From positions 1 to 56,563 of the forward strand of contig PUPH01000155.1 of assembly GCA_003553085.1 (NCBI GenBank): a DNA stretch of 56,563 bases. Reading direction: 5' to 3'. Made by a program: the position numbers and the translations under genes. The notes below the pieces were generated by a model. The model was not told the origin of the DNA, ran no database searches, and saw only the letters and a program-made list of their open reading frames with translations. Position 1 is the stretch's first letter. The number at the start of each line of letters is the position of its first letter. Source of the DNA: Thermoplasmata archaeon. Lineage in GTDB: Archaea; Thermoplasmatota; Thermoplasmata; Halarchaeoplasmatales; Halarchaeoplasmataceae. Positions 54,419 to 56,563 of the stretch are shown here, one piece after another.

Positions 54419-55978
54419 TCAAACCTGCTTTACGAATTTGACCCTCGGATGGTCGTCCCTTTCGACCGTGATGTTGTAGATCTCTGTATTCGGTTTCTCA
54501 CCATACACAAATAAAGAATTATAATAAGTGAACATCTTCAGATGTATGTCAGAGACATACCGAGCATTGTCTGAATAAAAGAATCCAGGTCCCATAACAC
54601 CGATGGTGAGACCACTGTTTTTCTTCATAAGTTCGAGCAGTTCTTTTGCTGCTTTACTTCGGTCTATCTCACCTATCTCTGCATCCCCTATGGAATGTTC
54701 GATGGTGACCCAATCACAGATGGTGAGTATAGGCTCATTCGCCTTGAACTTGAGCTCTTTGTAGGCTTCATGGAAAGAATGTTTAAAATCGCCTTTTTTA
54801 TGCCTCTTGAGTTCCTTGGAGTCTATCACTTTTAGATTATCCTCCATATCCTCACTAAAAATACTACTGCTTTCACCGAATATATTTTTATCCCTACTAG
54901 ATGGCACCAACAGAACGCCACGTTCTTGTGACAAAAAGTTCTCAAGTACCGGTCCGAAGAGTTTCATCTGCCCTGCCAAAGGTACATCGTGACTAACTTC
55001 GATGAGAACCAGACTGCCATGAGGGTAGCCACCTCCCAAGATATCATCAAATTCCTTAGATCCGCTGGAAAACAGATCCCTATCCCAGTATGATGTTCCC
55101 TCACCATCTAGGATCGGGTCGTGTTCTTTCTGGAAAAGAGGTATGTTTTGACTAAATGAAGGAGAGTATCTGAACTTTCCACCATCCAAGGTAAACAAAT
55201 ACATCGGTCTATCGATCCTGATACCCCTGAGCTTGTTCAAGGACATCAGTCTAACTCGTCGACCACTTTGTTCATCTACGCTCAATGTGACGACGCCGTC
55301 CACCAGATAATCCCATGTGGTCGCCTCTTCAGCTTCGAGAACTATTATCAGCTTGGTTCCCGACATCTCGACCAGATCTCTCTGGAGAACCTTTATCAAT
55401 GATGTAGCGTCGACCGCATACCTCTCGATCAGCGACTCAAGACTGTCGATGATGACGATCGAGGGGGAAGGAAGACGAGAATCTACACGATCGTAGATAT
55501 CTTCTAGTGCTGTGATATCTGAATCGGCCATAAGTGTCATCAAACAACTGCGAGAAACTTCCTCCGGAGGGGTGAACTCTTCAGGAGGTTTATCTCCCAT
55601 TACATCTATAACTCTGCGAGCATGTTCGATCTTCTCAAATTTTTCGTCCCCACTGGCGAATGCTTTTGTTTTAGTGAGTTTTGATGTTTTATCTTTATAC
55701 AACGAGCGTAAGAAATCCATACTCGAGTCCACGAGGTTTTCTCGCATGTCTTTCTCCTTCAACCATTGAAACTGGCTATAAAGGGATTTGTTGGATACCC
55801 TTGTTGAAAAATAGAATGAGTTTTCTATATCCGCTATCTCCTCTAACAAGGTCAGACTCAATATCGTTTTTCCAGTTCCTGCGTGTCCTTTGACGATCAA
55901 AGATCGTCCGACATCACTGCTGAAGAAATCGTATATCTCCCTCGGCAGTACTTTGTTCACCATACCACCCCGTCCCAA
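54419..55978 (-). CDS. RecA-superfamily ATPase, GvpD/KaiC-like, with degenerate second domain
   Basis: LPREIYDFFSSDVGRSLIVKGHAGTGKTILSLTLLEE (GvpD-like N-terminus with Walker A) and Walker B SIVIIDSLESL. The second domain begins EFDDILGGGYPHGSLVLIEVSHDVPLA and has no P-loop. An alternative start ATG lies at 55963. Confidence 0.7.
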   Translation of the reverse strand: MGRGGMVNKVLPREIYDFFSSDVGRSLIVKGHAGTGKTILSLTLLEEIADIENSFYFSTRVSNKSLYSQFQWLKEKDMRENLVDSSMDFLRSLYKDKTSKLTKTKAFASGDEKFEKIEHARRVIDVMGDKPPEEFTPPEEVSRSCLMTLMADSDITALEDIYDRVDSRLPSPSIVIIDSLESLIERYAVDATSLIKVLQRDLVEMSGTKLIIVLEAEEATTWDYLVDGVVTLSVDEQSGRRVRLMSLNKLRGIRIDRPMYLFTLDGGKFRYSPSFSQNIPLFQKEHDPILDGEGTSYWDRDLFSSGSKEFDDILGGGYPHGSLVLIEVSHDVPLAGQMKLFGPVLENFLSQERGVLLVPSSRDKNIFGESSSIFSEDMEDNLKVIDSKELKRHKKGDFKHSFHEAYKELKFKANEPILTICDWVTIEHSIGDAEIGEIDRSKAAKELLELMKKNSGLTIGVMGPGFFYSDNARYVSDIHLKMFTYYNSLFVYGEKPNTEIYNITVERDDHPRVKFVKQV

Positions 55979-56334
55979 TGCTCGAGAAGATGATCTACAG
56001 TTTCATCCATAGAGCCCAAAACACTGACGAAGTTATTACGTGTGTGGGTTCTAAGTATCAATATATGTTGACCATCGACCTTCTTTATTACCGTATCACC
56101 ATCGCTAGCTCTCATAACTATGCGGTTCGGACGCTGCTTATTCAGATGTTCGTTAGCAGTGTTCGCTGCACCATAGATGGTAGCCGCCATTATTCCAAAT
56201 GTTTCGATGCTCAAAGATCCTACATCACCTACACTGGCTACGATATCCCCATTCTTACGGGTGAGTAGACAAAGTTCTATTTCGGGTTTAGATTCCAGTT
56301 TTTTTAACGAATCCAGTACGACTCTCATGGACAT
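55957..56334 (-). CDS. Roadblock/LC7 (MglB-like) domain protein
   Basis: 125 aa. IELCLLTRKNGDIVASVGDV...ETFGIMAATIYGAANTA...RIVMRASDGDTVIKKVDGQHILILRT fits the Roadblock/LC7 pattern. It overlaps the start of the downstream ATPase. Confidence 0.8.
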   Translation of the reverse strand: MSMRVVLDSLKKLESKPEIELCLLTRKNGDIVASVGDVGSLSIETFGIMAATIYGAANTANEHLNKQRPNRIVMRASDGDTVIKKVDGQHILILRTHTRNNFVSVLGSMDETVDHLLEHWDGVVW

Positions 56335-56414
56335 GTAATTACCACCACTAGTGAAGACCTATATAACTCACAAGCTAAAATAATTTTTCTTTTTTGGAGC
56401 CTGTCAAAACTTTA

Positions 56415-56440
56415 GTGATTTTCAGGTTTTTGAAAATCAC
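56415..56440. promoter_or_regulatory. perfect 10-bp-arm palindrome in divergent intergenic region
   Basis: GTGATTTTCA-GGTTTT-TGAAAATCAC. It lies 81 nt upstream of the Roadblock start and 50 nt upstream of the plus-strand ATG at 56490. Confidence 0.45.
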
Positions 56441-56489
56441 AAGGAAAAATGGAAATAAGCTTTAAATAGCCAGACATTATTATCTAACC

Positions 56490-56563
56490 ATGCCTAAAGA
56501 ATTAAAAAAGCAGATAAAGGAAGTGTCGATGACACTTGATGATTACAATGAAGGCATAACCAC
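56490..56563 (+). CDS. hypothetical protein, N-terminal fragment running off the window
   Basis: ATG 56490 opens MPKELKKQIKEVSMTLDDYNEGIT. A TATA-like TTTAAATAG lies about 25 nt upstream. Confidence 0.3.
   Translation, partial: MPKELKKQIKEVSMTLDDYNEGIT

Noticed and set aside
1-56563. CRISPR arrays, rRNA genes, insertion sequences and prophage genes.
   Set aside because: Scanning by eye found no regularly spaced direct repeats, no rRNA-like conserved blocks and no transposase or integrase motifs. Absence is based on visual inspection only.

Overview
The window is archaeal chromosomal DNA. Archaeal markers include the A-type ATP synthase D subunit, Cdc48, ApgM, a CTP-dependent riboflavin kinase, a 7S SRP RNA, and AT-rich TATA-like boxes about 25-35 nt upstream of many start codons. 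An alkyltransferase-endonuclease V fusion and a heliorhodopsin suggest a Thermoplasmatota-like lineage; this is inference only.

I call about 58 CDS, 2 tRNAs (Gly-GCC, Pro-UGG), one SRP RNA and one receiver-domain pseudogene remnant. I found no CRISPR array, rRNA, transposase or integrase.

Housekeeping genes include trmI, bioY, atpD, hutI, trmO, apgM, purQ, ribK, cysC, sat, nadE, cdc48 and ksgA. They are interleaved with unusually dense signalling content:
- two REC-PAS-GAF multisensor proteins, one a histidine kinase and one with no output domain;
- three paralogous AAA_16/STAND-like ATPase-TPR proteins;
- a heliorhodopsin;
- a Roadblock/LC7 gene coupled to a GvpD/KaiC-like ATPase.

The candidates most worth follow-up:
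1. Heliorhodopsin lying 65 nt upstream of the 1209-aa hybrid kinase.
2. An output-less REC-PAS-GAF sensor apparently coupled to an AAA_16-TPR ATPase.
3. A roadblock/longin-like module of about 125 aa inserted between Walker A and Walker B of the third AAA_16-TPR paralog.
4. An AT-richer six-gene operon next to tRNA-Gly, with an ABC-2 transporter plus three bitopic surface proteins of unknown family, two of them paralogs.
5. A Roadblock / GvpD-like ATPase / zinc-ribbon membrane protein cluster.
6. Two genes whose conserved N-terminal coding sequence lies upstream of any canonical start codon and just downstream of an in-frame stop codon (TAG at 6590, TGA at 48762).

All family assignments come from reading motifs by eye. 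No database search was run.
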